Below are positions 1 to 10,170 of a stretch of 64,000 bases of DNA, one piece after another. The DNA is from an uncultured Bacilli bacterium (GTDB lineage Bacteria; Bacillota_I; Bacilli_A; RF39; UBA660). The notes below the pieces were generated by a model, which made no database searches, was not told where the DNA came from, and worked only from the letters and a program-made list of their open reading frames with translations. Where the stretch lies: assembly GCA_949451605.1 (NCBI GenBank), contig CASTSB010000006.1, forward strand, positions 15,592 to 79,591. Direction: 5' to 3'. Both the position numbers and the translations under genes were made by a program. The stretch's first letter is position 1; each line of letters begins with the position of its first letter.

Positions 1-1
1 A

Positions 2-154
2 TTTTTACTTTATATGGATGATGGCAATATGGTTTATTTAACGCTAACTAAGTTTAAAATGATAAATTATTATAATACTGTTCTTGAACAGCTTGAAGGT
101 AAAAAGGGAATATTATATTTAGATAATGGAAATCATTTCCAAATAAAAGAGTAA
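2..154 (+). CDS. divIB: C-terminal end of cell division protein DivIB/FtsQ (partial, runs off window start)
   Basis: Open frame FLLYMDDGNMVYLTL...LEGKKGILYLDNGNHFQIKE* resembles the DivIB C-terminus; lies directly upstream of ftsA-ftsZ. Confidence 0.7.
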   Translation, partial: FLLYMDDGNMVYLTLTKFKMINYYNTVLEQLEGKKGILYLDNGNHFQIKE

Positions 155-238
155 TTTGTGCTTAATGGAAAGGCTTAAAATATCCTTTTCTTTTTTTTTG
201 CTTTATAGTATAATGACTTTAAGATAGGAGATGCTTCG

Positions 239-1465
239 ATGGGTAATATTTATACTGGAATAGATTTGGGCAGTAATAGTATAAAGATTGTAGTTGCAGA
301 AAAAAACAAGAGTAAATACAATGTTTTAGCTTGTACTAGTACTCCTTCTCGTGGTATTAAAAATGGGCAAGTAGTGGATGTGAAGTTAGCAGCTTCATCT
401 ATTAGTCATTGTTTAAATAAGATTGAAGAAATGTTAGGCTTTAAAATATATAAAGTTATTTGTCTTGTACCTCCAACAAATTGTAAGATGGATATATTAA
501 TAGGTACATGTGATGTAATTAATCCTAATATGATTAGTGGAATAGATGTTAGTAATGTATTAAATGAAGCAATAAAAGGATATAGATTATCTAATTACGA
601 AATTATAACAGCATCTCCAATAAGTTTTATAGTAGATGATACAGAAAATATTAAAGATCCTAAAGGGATGAGTGGAGATTCTTTAGAAGCAAAGGTTGTA
701 ATTGGTAGCGTTCCTAGAGAACCGCTTTGTAGAATATTAGAGGCAATTAATTTAAGCGGTTTAGAGACTGTAGATGTTGCATTTACTTCAACAGGGGATT
801 ATTATTCAGTTTTATCAAATGAGATTGAAGGCCTTGTTGGGGCAATAATTAATATTGGAGAGAATTCAACTGATGTCTCAATTTTTAATAAGGGAATACA
901 GATTAAACATTCATTGTTACAATTTGGTAGCTTTAATGTTGATAAAGATTTAGCTTATGTATATTCAATAGATAATATGGATGCTAAGAAAATCAAAGAG
1001 AACTTTGCATTTGCACTTACATCATTAGCTGATAATAATGAGACTATAAAAGTTATTTGTAATGATAAAAGTAAGAAAGAAATTACTCAAACAGGAGTAT
1101 CAAAGGTAGTTGAATCAAGGCTTAGAGAAATATTAAAAGTTTCTAAAAATGAAATAAAAAACTTAACAAATAGAGAAATACGTTATATAATTGTTACAGG
1201 TGGATTAAGCGAATTGCAAGGTTTTGACTATTTAGTTGATGAAGAATTTAATGGTCTTGCAAGAGTATGTAAAATTTCTACTATGGGCATAAGACATAAT
1301 AAGTACAGTAGTGCTTTTGGTGTCATTAAATATTTTGATGAAAAACTTTCCTTAAGAGGAAAGAGTTATGATATGATAGATGAGATAGATAGAGAAAATC
1401 TAGTATCTAATTCATTAAATAGCGATAACATTCTAGGTAAAGAGTTTGAACATTTATATGATTAA
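239..1465 (+). CDS. ftsA: Cell division protein FtsA
   Basis: GIDLGSNSIK actin-like ATPase start, IVTGGLSEL motif, adjacent to ftsZ. Confidence 0.93.
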   Translation: MGNIYTGIDLGSNSIKIVVAEKNKSKYNVLACTSTPSRGIKNGQVVDVKLAASSISHCLNKIEEMLGFKIYKVICLVPPTNCKMDILIGTCDVINPNMISGIDVSNVLNEAIKGYRLSNYEIITASPISFIVDDTENIKDPKGMSGDSLEAKVVIGSVPREPLCRILEAINLSGLETVDVAFTSTGDYYSVLSNEIEGLVGAIINIGENSTDVSIFNKGIQIKHSLLQFGSFNVDKDLAYVYSIDNMDAKKIKENFAFALTSLADNNETIKVICNDKSKKEITQTGVSKVVESRLREILKVSKNEIKNLTNREIRYIIVTGGLSELQGFDYLVDEEFNGLARVCKISTMGIRHNKYSSAFGVIKYFDEKLSLRGKSYDMIDEIDRENLVSNSLNSDNILGKEFEHLYD

Positions 1466-1477
1466 GGAGGACGAGGT

Positions 1478-2656
1478 ATGTTAGGCGGATTAGAAATGGA
1501 TCAATTAGCGAAGATTAAAGTCGTAGGAGTTGGTGGCGGTGGCGGAAACGCTATCAATCGAATGGTAGAGTCTGGAGTTAAAGGTGTAGAATTTATTGCT
1601 GCTAATACTGATTTACAAGTATTAAATTCTTCCAAAGCAGATGTTAAAATTCAAATCGGTTCTAATCTTACTGATGGTTTAGGAGCTGGTGCAAGACCTG
1701 AAATTGGTAAAGAGGCTGCATTAGAATCTAAAAAGGAAATAGAAGATGCGCTTGTAGGTGCTGATATGATTTTTGTTACTGCAGGAATGGGAGGAGGAAC
1801 TGGAACTGGTGCTGCTCCAATTATAGCAGAGATAGCACAAGGGCTTGGTGCTCTAACTGTTGCAATAGTTACAAAACCATTTTCTTTTGAAGGAAAAAGA
1901 AGAATGGACAATGCTCTTGCAGGAATAGATGAATTAAAAAAACACGTTGATACTTTGATTACTATTCCTAATGATAGATTAAGAGAAATAATTGATAAAA
2001 CTACTCCAATGATAGAAGCTTTTAAAGAAGTTGATAATGTACTTCGTCGAAGTGTACAATCTATTTCAGATTTAATTGCTGTTGTTGGTTTAGTTAACTT
2101 GGATTTTGCAGATGTTAAAGCTGTAATGGAAAAGAGCGGACATGCTATTATCGGTATAGGTATTGGTATGGGAGAGGAACGTGCGATTGAAGCTGCTAAG
2201 CAAGCTGTTTCATCTCCACTTCTTGAAATCCCAATTACAGGTGCAACAGATGCAATTATAAATATCACTGGTGGAGTTAATCTTACTTTGTTTGAGGCTG
2301 AACAAGCTGCTGAAGTGGTTAGAGCAGCAGCAGGTACTGATATTAATACTATCTTTGGTTCAGTAATTAATGAAAACTTAAGTGATGAAGTAATTGTTAC
2401 TGTAATTGCTACTGGATTTGATAAAGCAAAGAAACTTCAAGAACAAAAAGAAAGAGAAAGAATGAATACAATAGCTCAACAGGAAGAACCAGTATTTACA
2501 AGTAGTGCTCCAGCTTCAAGAAGAAGTTCTAATCCTCCAAGAGATATGGATTATGGAATGCCAACTGAGGTTTTGGATAATTCTAATGAAGTTGATGATA
2601 ACGATGATAGATATGAGTTACCTCCATTCTTAAGAGAAAGAAATTATAAACTATAA
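1478..2656 (+). CDS. ftsZ: Cell division protein FtsZ
   Basis: [19 protein letters not shown] tubulin signature, C-terminal ELPPFLR core; GGAGG RBS. Confidence 0.99.
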   Translation: MLGGLEMDQLAKIKVVGVGGGGGNAINRMVESGVKGVEFIAANTDLQVLNSSKADVKIQIGSNLTDGLGAGARPEIGKEAALESKKEIEDALVGADMIFVTAGMGGGTGTGAAPIIAEIAQGLGALTVAIVTKPFSFEGKRRMDNALAGIDELKKHVDTLITIPNDRLREIIDKTTPMIEAFKEVDNVLRRSVQSISDLIAVVGLVNLDFADVKAVMEKSGHAIIGIGIGMGEERAIEAAKQAVSSPLLEIPITGATDAIINITGGVNLTLFEAEQAAEVVRAAAGTDINTIFGSVINENLSDEVIVTVIATGFDKAKKLQEQKERERMNTIAQQEEPVFTSSAPASRRSSNPPRDMDYGMPTEVLDNSNEVDDNDDRYELPPFLRERNYKL

Positions 2657-2664
2657 AATAAATT

Positions 2665-2693
2665 AAGAGGATTTTTAAAATCCTCTTTTTTTT
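2665..2693 (+). terminator. Intrinsic terminator after ftsZ
   Basis: aagaggatttt-aaaatcctctt hairpin followed by a T run. Confidence 0.85.
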
Positions 2694-2697
2694 GTCC

Positions 2698-2765
2698 TGT
2701 GGAATATTGACATTTTGACCTGGGGGGAGGGGTATACTTTATCTATAATAGGTAACTGTGGATAA
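2698..2765 (+). promoter_or_regulatory. Promoter region with G-rich spacer tract and a perfect DnaA box
   Basis: TTGACA 2707-2712, G-rich tract ~2722-2733, TATACT directly after it, TATAAT 2744-2749, TGTGGATAA (reverse of TTATCCACA) 2757-2765. Confidence 0.5.
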
Positions 2766-2776
2766 CGAGGTTTTAT

Positions 2777-4237
2777 ATGAGTATTAAAAGGTTAGTAAAT
2801 AGTAAAAACTTATCAATTTTAATTGTAATGTTTGTAGTAACTTTAAGTTGTGCTTATGCATCTTTTAATAGTGTTTTAAATATAACTGGAACAGTAGCCG
2901 ATGTCCGTATAAAAAGTGATATAAGAATAACAGGAATAAGAGTAAATGGAGTAACTAGTGGAGGAACATCGTTATCAGAAGACTATAATAAAGCAAGTTT
3001 AAAAGTAGGAACACTTTTACCTAATAGTGGATCAACAGTTTCCTATGCGGTAGATATAACAAATACCGGAAATCAAGAGATGAAATTAGCGTCTATTACA
3101 GGTCTTCCAGATAACTTAGAATATGTACTTACTGACTACAACATAGGGGATAAGTTATGTCAAAATGATAAATGTTCCCTAGGTCTTACAAAGACAATTA
3201 TTCTAACTTTAAAATATAAAGATGGAAGTTTTTCTTCAACATTTACTACACATAACTTAAATTTAAATTTTGAGTTTAAGAGATTTACTAATAGTTATTT
3301 AAGATCTGCTAGTCAAGAATCATATAGTACATCTCCTTTTTTAAATACAGATATTACAAAATCACAAATCGAATCTGTAACTTTTAAAAGTAGTGATGAA
3401 ATACCTGATAGTGCGATTACTTTTAGTGATAAAAAATATTTTGATGTTTCTCATGATCAATCGGATAGTATAAAATTATATGCAGAAGATATGGATTCTA
3501 ATGGATTGTATGAAATTTATATAGGACAAGATGGAGGAGTAAAGGCAAATTCTGGTTCTCAATATTTGTTTCTTAATCTAAATAATGTTTATAAAATTGA
3601 TTTGCAGAAACTTAATACTGATGGAGTAACTAGTATGTCAGAAATGTTTCGATATTGTAGTAAAATTGTTACTTTAGATCTTTCAAATTTTAATACATCT
3701 GATGTTACAACGATGGCTTTTATGTTTGCTTATTGTCAGAAAATTAATAGTTTGGATCTTACAAACTTTGATACAACTGGTGTCAAAAACATGAGATCAA
3801 TGTTTGATCATTGCACAAGTTTAACATATTTAAATTTATCTAGTTTTAATACACAAAATGTTACAGATATGGGTGTAATGTTTCAATGGTGTAGCAGTTT
3901 AACAACTCTTGATCTTTCATCATTTAATACTTTATTAGTAACAGATATGTCTTATATGTTTTTCACTTGTAGTAAACTTGTTAATTTAGACTTAACTATG
4001 TTTAACACAGAAAAAGTGACAAATATGAGTTATATGTTTACTTCTTGTGGATCTCTAAAAACAATAGATTTAAGAGGAGAATATTTTACAGTGGATGCTG
4101 CAAGAAACAATTTGACTGATATGTATAAAGGTTGTTCTTCATTAGAGGCTGTATATCTTCGTGATATTAATGAAAGAGCTATTTATAGGTTGAATTATCC
4201 TGATTATGAAAGTATTCCTTTTAATAACGTTGCATAA
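2777..4237 (+). CDS. Exported BspA-type (DUF285-like) LRR protein with N-terminal TasA-like domain (family A, copy 1)
   Basis: Signal peptide ending CAYA-SFNSVLNITG; LPNSGSTVSYAVDITNTGN; 26-aa repeats LDLSxFNTxxVTxMxxMFxxC. Confidence 0.85.
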   Translation: MSIKRLVNSKNLSILIVMFVVTLSCAYASFNSVLNITGTVADVRIKSDIRITGIRVNGVTSGGTSLSEDYNKASLKVGTLLPNSGSTVSYAVDITNTGNQEMKLASITGLPDNLEYVLTDYNIGDKLCQNDKCSLGLTKTIILTLKYKDGSFSSTFTTHNLNLNFEFKRFTNSYLRSASQESYSTSPFLNTDITKSQIESVTFKSSDEIPDSAITFSDKKYFDVSHDQSDSIKLYAEDMDSNGLYEIYIGQDGGVKANSGSQYLFLNLNNVYKIDLQKLNTDGVTSMSEMFRYCSKIVTLDLSNFNTSDVTTMAFMFAYCQKINSLDLTNFDTTGVKNMRSMFDHCTSLTYLNLSSFNTQNVTDMGVMFQWCSSLTTLDLSSFNTLLVTDMSYMFFTCSKLVNLDLTMFNTEKVTNMSYMFTSCGSLKTIDLRGEYFTVDAARNNLTDMYKGCSSLEAVYLRDINERAIYRLNYPDYESIPFNNVA

Positions 4238-4263
4238 TAAAAACGACAGTAATGTCGTTTTAT
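4237..4263. terminator. Probable bidirectional terminator between convergent genes
   Basis: aaaacgac-agtaat-gtcgtttt hairpin flanked by A and T runs. Confidence 0.75.
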
Positions 4264-4266
4264 TTG

Positions 4267-4968
4267 TTAGTTTCTAACTATAGTTCCAATATTTTCATCA
4301 AGGACTATTTTCTTTAAGTTTCCTTTTACATTTACATTAAATACATAGATTGGAATATTTTCATCCATACAAAGACTTGTTGCGGTAGAATCCATTACAT
4401 GTAATTTTTTATTTAATACTTCTATATAAGTTATTTCATCGAACTTTTTAGCATCTTCATATTTTTTTGGATCTTTGTCATAGACTCCATCAACTTTAGT
4501 TGCTTTTAATAAAACGTCTGCTTTTATTTCGGCTGCACGTAGAGCAGAAGCTGTATCAGTAGAGAAGAATGGACTTCCTGTTCCACATCCAAATACTACA
4601 ACTCTTCCTTTTTCTAAATGTCTAATTGCTCGATCTTTTATATAAAACTCTGCAATTTGTCTCATTTCTACTCCAGTTTGAACTCTTACTGGTACATTTA
4701 ATTGTTTAAATGCATCTCCTAAGGCTAGAGCATTCATTACTGTTCCCATCATACCTATATAGTCTGATGTAGCTCTATCCATATATTCATTGCTTTTTCC
4801 TCTCCAAAAGTTTCCTCCTCCAACTACTATTCCAATTTCTACGCCTAATTCTACGCATTCTTTAATTTCGTTAGCAAGCTCAAGGACTCTTTCAAAATCA
4901 ATTCCTGTATTTTTATCTCCTGCAAGTACTTCACCGCTAAGCTTTAAAAGTATTCTTTTGTATTTCAT
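4267..4968 (-). CDS. pyrH: UMP kinase
   Basis: [27 protein letters not shown] motifs; start placed at ATG 4968 after AAGGAGGT RBS. Confidence 0.97.
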   Translation of the reverse strand: MKYKRILLKLSGEVLAGDKNTGIDFERVLELANEIKECVELGVEIGIVVGGGNFWRGKSNEYMDRATSDYIGMMGTVMNALALGDAFKQLNVPVRVQTGVEMRQIAEFYIKDRAIRHLEKGRVVVFGCGTGSPFFSTDTASALRAAEIKADVLLKATKVDGVYDKDPKKYEDAKKFDEITYIEVLNKKLHVMDSTATSLCMDENIPIYVFNVNVKGNLKKIVLDENIGTIVRN

Positions 4969-5057
4969 GTTTACCTCCTTGTTATATAATATCATAGAAT
5001 ATCTATTGAATAAATTATTTTTATGTTAAAATAAGTTTAAATTTAGGAGGTAGTATT

Positions 5058-5483
5058 TTGGAAAATTACATTAAAGTAGGGCTTGGAATTATGATAAAAG
5101 ATGGTAATAAGGTTTTACTTGGTCATAGAACAAAAGAAAGAAAAGATACTGGAGGAATATTTGAGCCAGATAGCTGGACTTTTCCTGGTGGGAAGCAAGA
5201 ATTTGATGAGACTGTAATAGAGGGCGCTATACGTGAGGTAAAAGAGGAGACTAACTTGGATACTTCAGATATTAAAGTATTTAATGTATCTGATGATATT
5301 CAACCAAATAAACATTATGTGACTATACAATTAATTGCATCTAGTTATAGTGGTGAGTTAAGAGTTATGGAACCTTTGAAAGAAGATAAGTGGGGATGGT
5401 TTGATCTAGATAATCTACCTAATAATTTATATTCTCCTACTAAAAAGTTTATCGAGAAATATAAGTCGATGAATAATAAATAA
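5058..5483 (+). CDS. NUDIX hydrolase
   Basis: Nudix box PGGKQEFDETVIEGAIREVKEETNL; GGAGG RBS. Confidence 0.9.
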   Translation: MENYIKVGLGIMIKDGNKVLLGHRTKERKDTGGIFEPDSWTFPGGKQEFDETVIEGAIREVKEETNLDTSDIKVFNVSDDIQPNKHYVTIQLIASSYSGELRVMEPLKEDKWGWFDLDNLPNNLYSPTKKFIEKYKSMNNK

Positions 5484-5498
5484 AAATCTACGATTTCG

Positions 5499-5528
5499 TT
5501 GACATATAAACAAATTATATGCTATAAT
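5499..5528 (+). promoter_or_regulatory. sigmaA promoter of rplU operon
   Basis: TTGACA-18nt-TATAAT with extended TG. Confidence 0.8.
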
Positions 5529-5534
5529 CTAACT

Positions 5535-5615
5535 GTTTGACGCCTCTAGTGCTGCAAACCGCATTGAAAAGGTAGAAACAAATTAACTTTTGTGCCTTAA
5601 GAGCGAGTCTTAAGT
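5535..5615 (+). ncRNA. Ribosomal protein L21 leader (cis-regulatory RNA)
   Basis: Lies between the promoter and rplU; contains ACCGCA and GCGAGUCU, which I recall as conserved in the Firmicute L21 leader, and an aagg/cctt pairing. Confidence 0.65.
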
Positions 5616-5637
5616 TTAATATAAAAGGAGGTAAATT

Positions 5638-5940
5638 ATGAACGCTGTAATTAAAGTTGGTGGTAAACAATATTACGTAACTGAAGGATCAGAAATTTAT
5701 GTTGAAAAATTAAATGCTGCTTCAGGTGATGTTGTTAAATTTGATCAAGTTTTAATGCTTGATAGTAAAGTAGGAAACCCTTATCTTACAAATGCTACTG
5801 TTGAAGGTGAAGTAATCAAAAACGGTAAGCAAAAGAAAATCAGAGTTTTCAAATATAAGAGTAAAGACAGATCAAATCGTAAAACTCAAGGACATAGACA
5901 ACCTTACACTAAAATTAAAATTACTAAAATTAATGGTTAA
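5638..5940 (+). CDS. rplU: 50S ribosomal protein L21
   Basis: [21 protein letters not shown]. Confidence 0.98.
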   Translation: MNAVIKVGGKQYYVTEGSEIYVEKLNAASGDVVKFDQVLMLDSKVGNPYLTNATVEGEVIKNGKQKKIRVFKYKSKDRSNRKTQGHRQPYTKIKITKING

Positions 5941-5946
5941 TAATCT

Positions 5947-6249
5947 ATGATAAAAGTTTCGATTGAAAAAGAAAATGCTAAATTTAAGAAGATAACACTT
6001 CTTGGCCATGCTATGTATGATGAATATGGTAAAGATATAGTATGCAGTTCAGTTAGTAGTATAGTTACTACTACTGTAAATGGTATATTAGCATTAGATA
6101 AAGGTAGTCTAAGTTACTTAGTTAGTAAGAAAGGTATGTCAATTAGTATTAAAAATACTGATGAGGTTACTCAAATACTAATAGGAAACATGGTTAGTCT
6201 TTTAAAAGAGTTGGAAAAGAAATATCCAGCTAATATTGAAGTTAAGTAA
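5947..6249 (+). CDS. prp: Ribosomal-processing cysteine protease Prp (YsxB)
   Basis: GHA...[10 protein letters not shown] motif; located between rplU and rpmA. Confidence 0.93.
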   Translation: MIKVSIEKENAKFKKITLLGHAMYDEYGKDIVCSSVSSIVTTTVNGILALDKGSLSYLVSKKGMSISIKNTDEVTQILIGNMVSLLKELEKKYPANIEVK

Positions 6250-6260
6250 GGAGGAGAATT

Positions 6261-6551
6261 ATGGATTTTTTAAGATTAGATATACAATTATTTGCTCATC
6301 ACAAAGGGCAAGGTTCAACATCTAATGGACGTGATTCTGCAGGACGTAGACTAGGAGCTAAAGCTAGTGATGGTGAATTCATAACAGCTGGTTCAATTAT
6401 ATATCGTCAACGTGGAACTAAAGTATTCCCAGGTACTAATGTACGTCGTGGTAATGATGATACTTTATATTCTACTATTGATGGAGTAGTAAAATTTGAA
6501 CGTTTAGGAAGAGATAAAAAACAAGCATCAGTTTACGCTGTATCAGAATAA
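6261..6551 (+). CDS. rpmA: 50S ribosomal protein L27 with Prp-cleaved N-terminal extension
   Basis: [23 protein letters not shown]. Confidence 0.98.
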   Translation: MDFLRLDIQLFAHHKGQGSTSNGRDSAGRRLGAKASDGEFITAGSIIYRQRGTKVFPGTNVRRGNDDTLYSTIDGVVKFERLGRDKKQASVYAVSE

Positions 6552-6558
6552 ATATTCT

Positions 6559-6580
6559 AAGAGCCCAAGGCTCTTTTTTT
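6559..6580 (+). terminator. Intrinsic terminator after rpmA
   Basis: aagagcc-caa-ggctctt followed by T run. Confidence 0.85.
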
Positions 6581-6639
6581 GTGTTGATAAAAAGATAAAA
6601 AATATATATACTAATAATAGTATTATGCTAGGTGATAAA

Positions 6640-8616
6640 ATGAAAAAGCTTTTTATACATAGATACTTATCTTTAATAGTTATTTTAATTACTTTAATGT
6701 TAACAGTAGGATATTCTGCTTTTAGTGTTAAAATGGATATTAATGATACTTCTTTAGAAGTTAGAGTTAAGCAAGATATAAGAGTAACAGGTGTTACTGT
6801 AAGTGATAGGTCTAATGCTGGTATATCAAATTATGAGGATTATAATAAGAATAGTATAAGTACTGGAATTAGTTTGCCAAATGAGAATTCTACAATTACA
6901 TACAATGTTGAAATAACAAATATTGGTAGTGGAGCTATGGGAATAAATTCAATAGATGGTTTGCCAAGTAATTTAGAATATCAAGTTAGTGATTATGAAA
7001 TGCAAAAGCCTTTATGTGATGTGAATAATAAGTGTACTTTAGGTATGGTTAAAAATATAAAGCTTACTATTAAATATAAGAATAATTCTTTTGATTCTGC
7101 TAATGTTAATTATAATTTAAATGTTAATTTTAATTTTGAAAGATTACATACAATTACTTATGAAGATAGTAGTGGTAATGTTTATCATGATTATGTTACT
7201 GATAATGCAAGATTTATATTAAATTATGATGAGCTAGGACTTGTTCCTCCAACTGAATTTAAAGTAACTATGGGTGGTGTAGTAATTGATGATTATGTTT
7301 CAATGGGACCTATTCTTATAATAATGAGTGTTACTGGTGATGTGGTTATAGAAGGAGTTTTCCCAGATTATTTGATGTCAGTTGCTAAGGTTAACAGTGC
7401 TGATGTAGCAGTATTAGGTAATAATAATTTGAAACACTTTCAAATAGAATCTATTGTTTTTTCTAATACAAAAGAAGTGCCTAGTAGTGCAATTGGATCA
7501 TGGGATGTATCCGAAGCTAAGGATAATTCTATAATAGCCTATTATTTAGATAGTAATAGTAATGGTTTATATGAAATGGTAATTGGCCAAGATGGTGGAG
7601 TAAAAGCAAATCCTGATTCTAGTAATTTGTTTAGTTATTTTACTAATGTAACATCAATTAGTTTTGATAATTTTATTACTGAAGAAGTTACAAATATGAG
7701 CTTTTTATTTTCGAATTGTAATAATTTAGTTGATTTGAATTTAAATAATATTAATACTTCTAATGCTACAAATCTTGAAAATATGTTTTATAATTGTACT
7801 AATCTAATTAGTATAGATTTATCTTGTTTAATTACTGGAAAAGTTACTAATATGAGTTCTTTATTTTCGGGATGTAAAAATTTAGATGATTTTGATGTTT
7901 CAGCTCTTAATACTTCTAATGTTACTAGTATGACAGATATGTTTAGAAATTGTGAATCTATTAAAAGTTTAGATCTTACTTCATGGAATATTAATAATTT
8001 AGTAAGTATGGATTATATGTTTCAATCTTGTTATAATCTTGAAAGAGTTAATTTAAGTGGATTAAATGCTTCTAATGTTTTACAATTTGATTGTTTGTTT
8101 TTATATTGTGTAAATTTAACTGAAATAGATTTCACTAATTTTAAAACGAATAAAGTTACAAGTATGAGAGCTATGTTTCGTCAATGTGAAAAGCTTACAA
8201 CTTTAGATCTTTCATCTTTTGATACTCGTAATGTTACAAGAATGAATGAAATGTTTATGTATTGTTACAATTTAGTAAGTCTAGATTTAAGGATGTTTGA
8301 TACTACAAATGTTACTAATTTTGCTAGTATGTTTTCAGAATGTAGAAAAATTACTGAATTAAATATTTCTAATTTTAATACAAGAAAAGCAAAAGACATG
8401 TCTTCTATGTTTTCTAGAATGGATTCAGTAAAATATATTTATATTGATGGTGTTGATTTTATGCCACCAGGTGATACTAATTTTAGTGGTATGTTTCCAA
8501 CTACTAATGGTAATTTACAACAAGTTCGTGTTTATAATATTTCTTATCTTGAACCATATTTTGCAGGAAGTTATGCTGAAGAGATGAGAAATGTGCCTTG
8601 GGAAGTGGCTCATTAG
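6640..8616 (+). CDS. Exported BspA-type LRR protein with TasA-like N-terminal domain (family A, copy 2)
   Basis: Start after GGTGA RBS; VGYS-AFSVKMDIND junction; LPNENSTITYNVEITNIG; IGQDGGVKAN; 26-aa LRRs. Confidence 0.85.
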   Translation: MKKLFIHRYLSLIVILITLMLTVGYSAFSVKMDINDTSLEVRVKQDIRVTGVTVSDRSNAGISNYEDYNKNSISTGISLPNENSTITYNVEITNIGSGAMGINSIDGLPSNLEYQVSDYEMQKPLCDVNNKCTLGMVKNIKLTIKYKNNSFDSANVNYNLNVNFNFERLHTITYEDSSGNVYHDYVTDNARFILNYDELGLVPPTEFKVTMGGVVIDDYVSMGPILIIMSVTGDVVIEGVFPDYLMSVAKVNSADVAVLGNNNLKHFQIESIVFSNTKEVPSSAIGSWDVSEAKDNSIIAYYLDSNSNGLYEMVIGQDGGVKANPDSSNLFSYFTNVTSISFDNFITEEVTNMSFLFSNCNNLVDLNLNNINTSNATNLENMFYNCTNLISIDLSCLITGKVTNMSSLFSGCKNLDDFDVSALNTSNVTSMTDMFRNCESIKSLDLTSWNINNLVSMDYMFQSCYNLERVNLSGLNASNVLQFDCLFLYCVNLTEIDFTNFKTNKVTSMRAMFRQCEKLTTLDLSSFDTRNVTRMNEMFMYCYNLVSLDLRMFDTTNVTNFASMFSECRKITELNISNFNTRKAKDMSSMFSRMDSVKYIYIDGVDFMPPGDTNFSGMFPTTNGNLQQVRVYNISYLEPYFAGSYAEEMRNVPWEVAH

Positions 8617-8696
8617 AGCTTCTTCTTTTATTTAAATTTGTAGACTTTATAAGGAAAATCTGTTATAATACTAGGTGCTTAAGGAGGGGATTAGTT

Positions 8697-9974
8697 ATGT
8701 TTGTAGATGAGGTTGTAATAAAAGTTGAAGCTGGTAATGGTGGAGACGGTTGTACTGCTTTTAGACGTGAAAAATTTGTAGAAATGGGTGGACCTTACGG
8801 TGGTAATGGTGGACATGGAGCAGACATTATATTTAAAGTTGATGAAGGTTTACATACATTACTTGATTTAAGATATCAAAAAACTATTAAGGGGTCTAAT
8901 GGAGAAAATGGAAGAGGAAAGAATCAACATGGTAAGGGAGCTAGTCCTTTAGTTGTTAGAGTTCCTCAAGGTACTGTTGTAACTGATTTAGAGACTGGAT
9001 TTATCCTTGCGGACTTATCAAAAAAAGACCAAGAAGAGTTAATTGCTAAAGGTGGTCGTGGAGGAAGAGGTAATACTGCTTTTAAAACACAAACTAATAC
9101 CGCTCCTGATTATTCTGAACGTGGTGAAGAAGGAGAACACAAGACTTTAAAAGTTGAAGTTAAAATGCTTGCAGATGTAGGATTAGTTGGACTTCCTAGT
9201 GTTGGAAAGAGTACTATTATTTCTTGTGTTTCGAAATCTAAACCTAAAATAGCTGCTTATCACTTTACAACGTTAAATCCTAATCTTGGTGTTGTTAAGT
9301 CTAGTAGTGGAACAAGCTTTGTTATGGCTGATCTTCCTGGACTTATTGAAGGCGCAAGCCAAGGCGAAGGACTAGGGGACAAATTCTTACGTCATATTGA
9401 AAGAACAAGAGTAATAGCTCATGTAATTGATATGAGTGGTAGTGAATTACGTGATCCATATGAAGATTATTTATTAATCAACAAGGAATTAAAAGATTTT
9501 AATGAAAAACTTATGGAAAAGCCAATGATTGTAATTGCTAACAAGATGGATATTGAAGGTGCTAAAGAAAACCTAGATGAATTTAAGAAAAAAGTAGGAG
9601 ATATAAAAATATTTGAAGTAAGTGCTGCTACTAATGATGGACTTCAAAAGGTAGTAGATTATCTTGCAGAAGTACTTGACTCAATTCCTGTAAATCCTTT
9701 ATATGATGATAGTCAAATTGAGTCTCATGTTTTATATAAATTTAAGAAGGAAGAGCCATTTACTATTTCAAGAGATGATGATGGTACTTGGGCTATTTCA
9801 GGGGACGAAGTAGAAAGAATATTTAAAATGACAAAATTTTCTTCAGAAGAAGCACAATATAGATTTGCTAAAAAGTTATCACGTATGGGTATTGATGATA
9901 AGTTAAGAGAATTAGGTGCTGAAGAAGGAGACGAAGTAAGAATACTTGATTTTTACTTTATGTTTAAAGATTAA
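8697..9974 (+). CDS. obgE: GTPase ObgE
   Basis: MFVDEV..AGNGGDG, GLPSVGKST, DLPGLIEG, NKMD; start placed at ATG 8697 after GGAGGGG. Confidence 0.98.
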   Translation: MFVDEVVIKVEAGNGGDGCTAFRREKFVEMGGPYGGNGGHGADIIFKVDEGLHTLLDLRYQKTIKGSNGENGRGKNQHGKGASPLVVRVPQGTVVTDLETGFILADLSKKDQEELIAKGGRGGRGNTAFKTQTNTAPDYSERGEEGEHKTLKVEVKMLADVGLVGLPSVGKSTIISCVSKSKPKIAAYHFTTLNPNLGVVKSSSGTSFVMADLPGLIEGASQGEGLGDKFLRHIERTRVIAHVIDMSGSELRDPYEDYLLINKELKDFNEKLMEKPMIVIANKMDIEGAKENLDEFKKKVGDIKIFEVSAATNDGLQKVVDYLAEVLDSIPVNPLYDDSQIESHVLYKFKKEEPFTISRDDDGTWAISGDEVERIFKMTKFSSEEAQYRFAKKLSRMGIDDKLRELGAEEGDEVRILDFYFMFKD

Positions 9975-10170
9975 TTGAAAAAGTATTAATTACTAATACT
10001 TTTAAATATGCTTATTATAAGCTTCAAGATAAAGACTTTGATAGTAATTTATTAAATAAATTAAAGAATATATTGTTGGTGTTAAGAAAATAAAAAATCA
10101 GTTTTTGGAAGACTATATTGATAAAGCTATTTTAAATTTAAAGTAATCTATTATAAAAGGGGGGTTAAGT

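Noticed and set aside
1651-2268. 205-aa antisense ORF inside ftsZ
   Set aside because: Shadow ORF on the reverse strand of a highly conserved gene; no RBS or motif. The same applies to the other short nested ORFs (4790, 24258, 29362, 31703, 35150, 36483, 43083, 43998, 45376, 46748, 47310, 47818, 50289, 52490, 53604, 55664, 58352, 59160, 62145, 63582).
2720-2740. G-tract as a CsoR-type operator
   Set aside because: Lacks the matching C-run/TATAC left arm, and no copper or sulfur genes are nearby.
8598-8696. N-terminal extensions in the ORF track for obgE (also pyrH, helD, hrcA, ylbD, ruvA)
   Set aside because: Downstream starts have proper SD sites and match family N-termini; the extensions overlap promoters or terminators.
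9975-10170. Coding-like remnant between obgE and the 10171 gene
   Set aside because: Short, interrupted frames with no recognisable family; cannot be supported.
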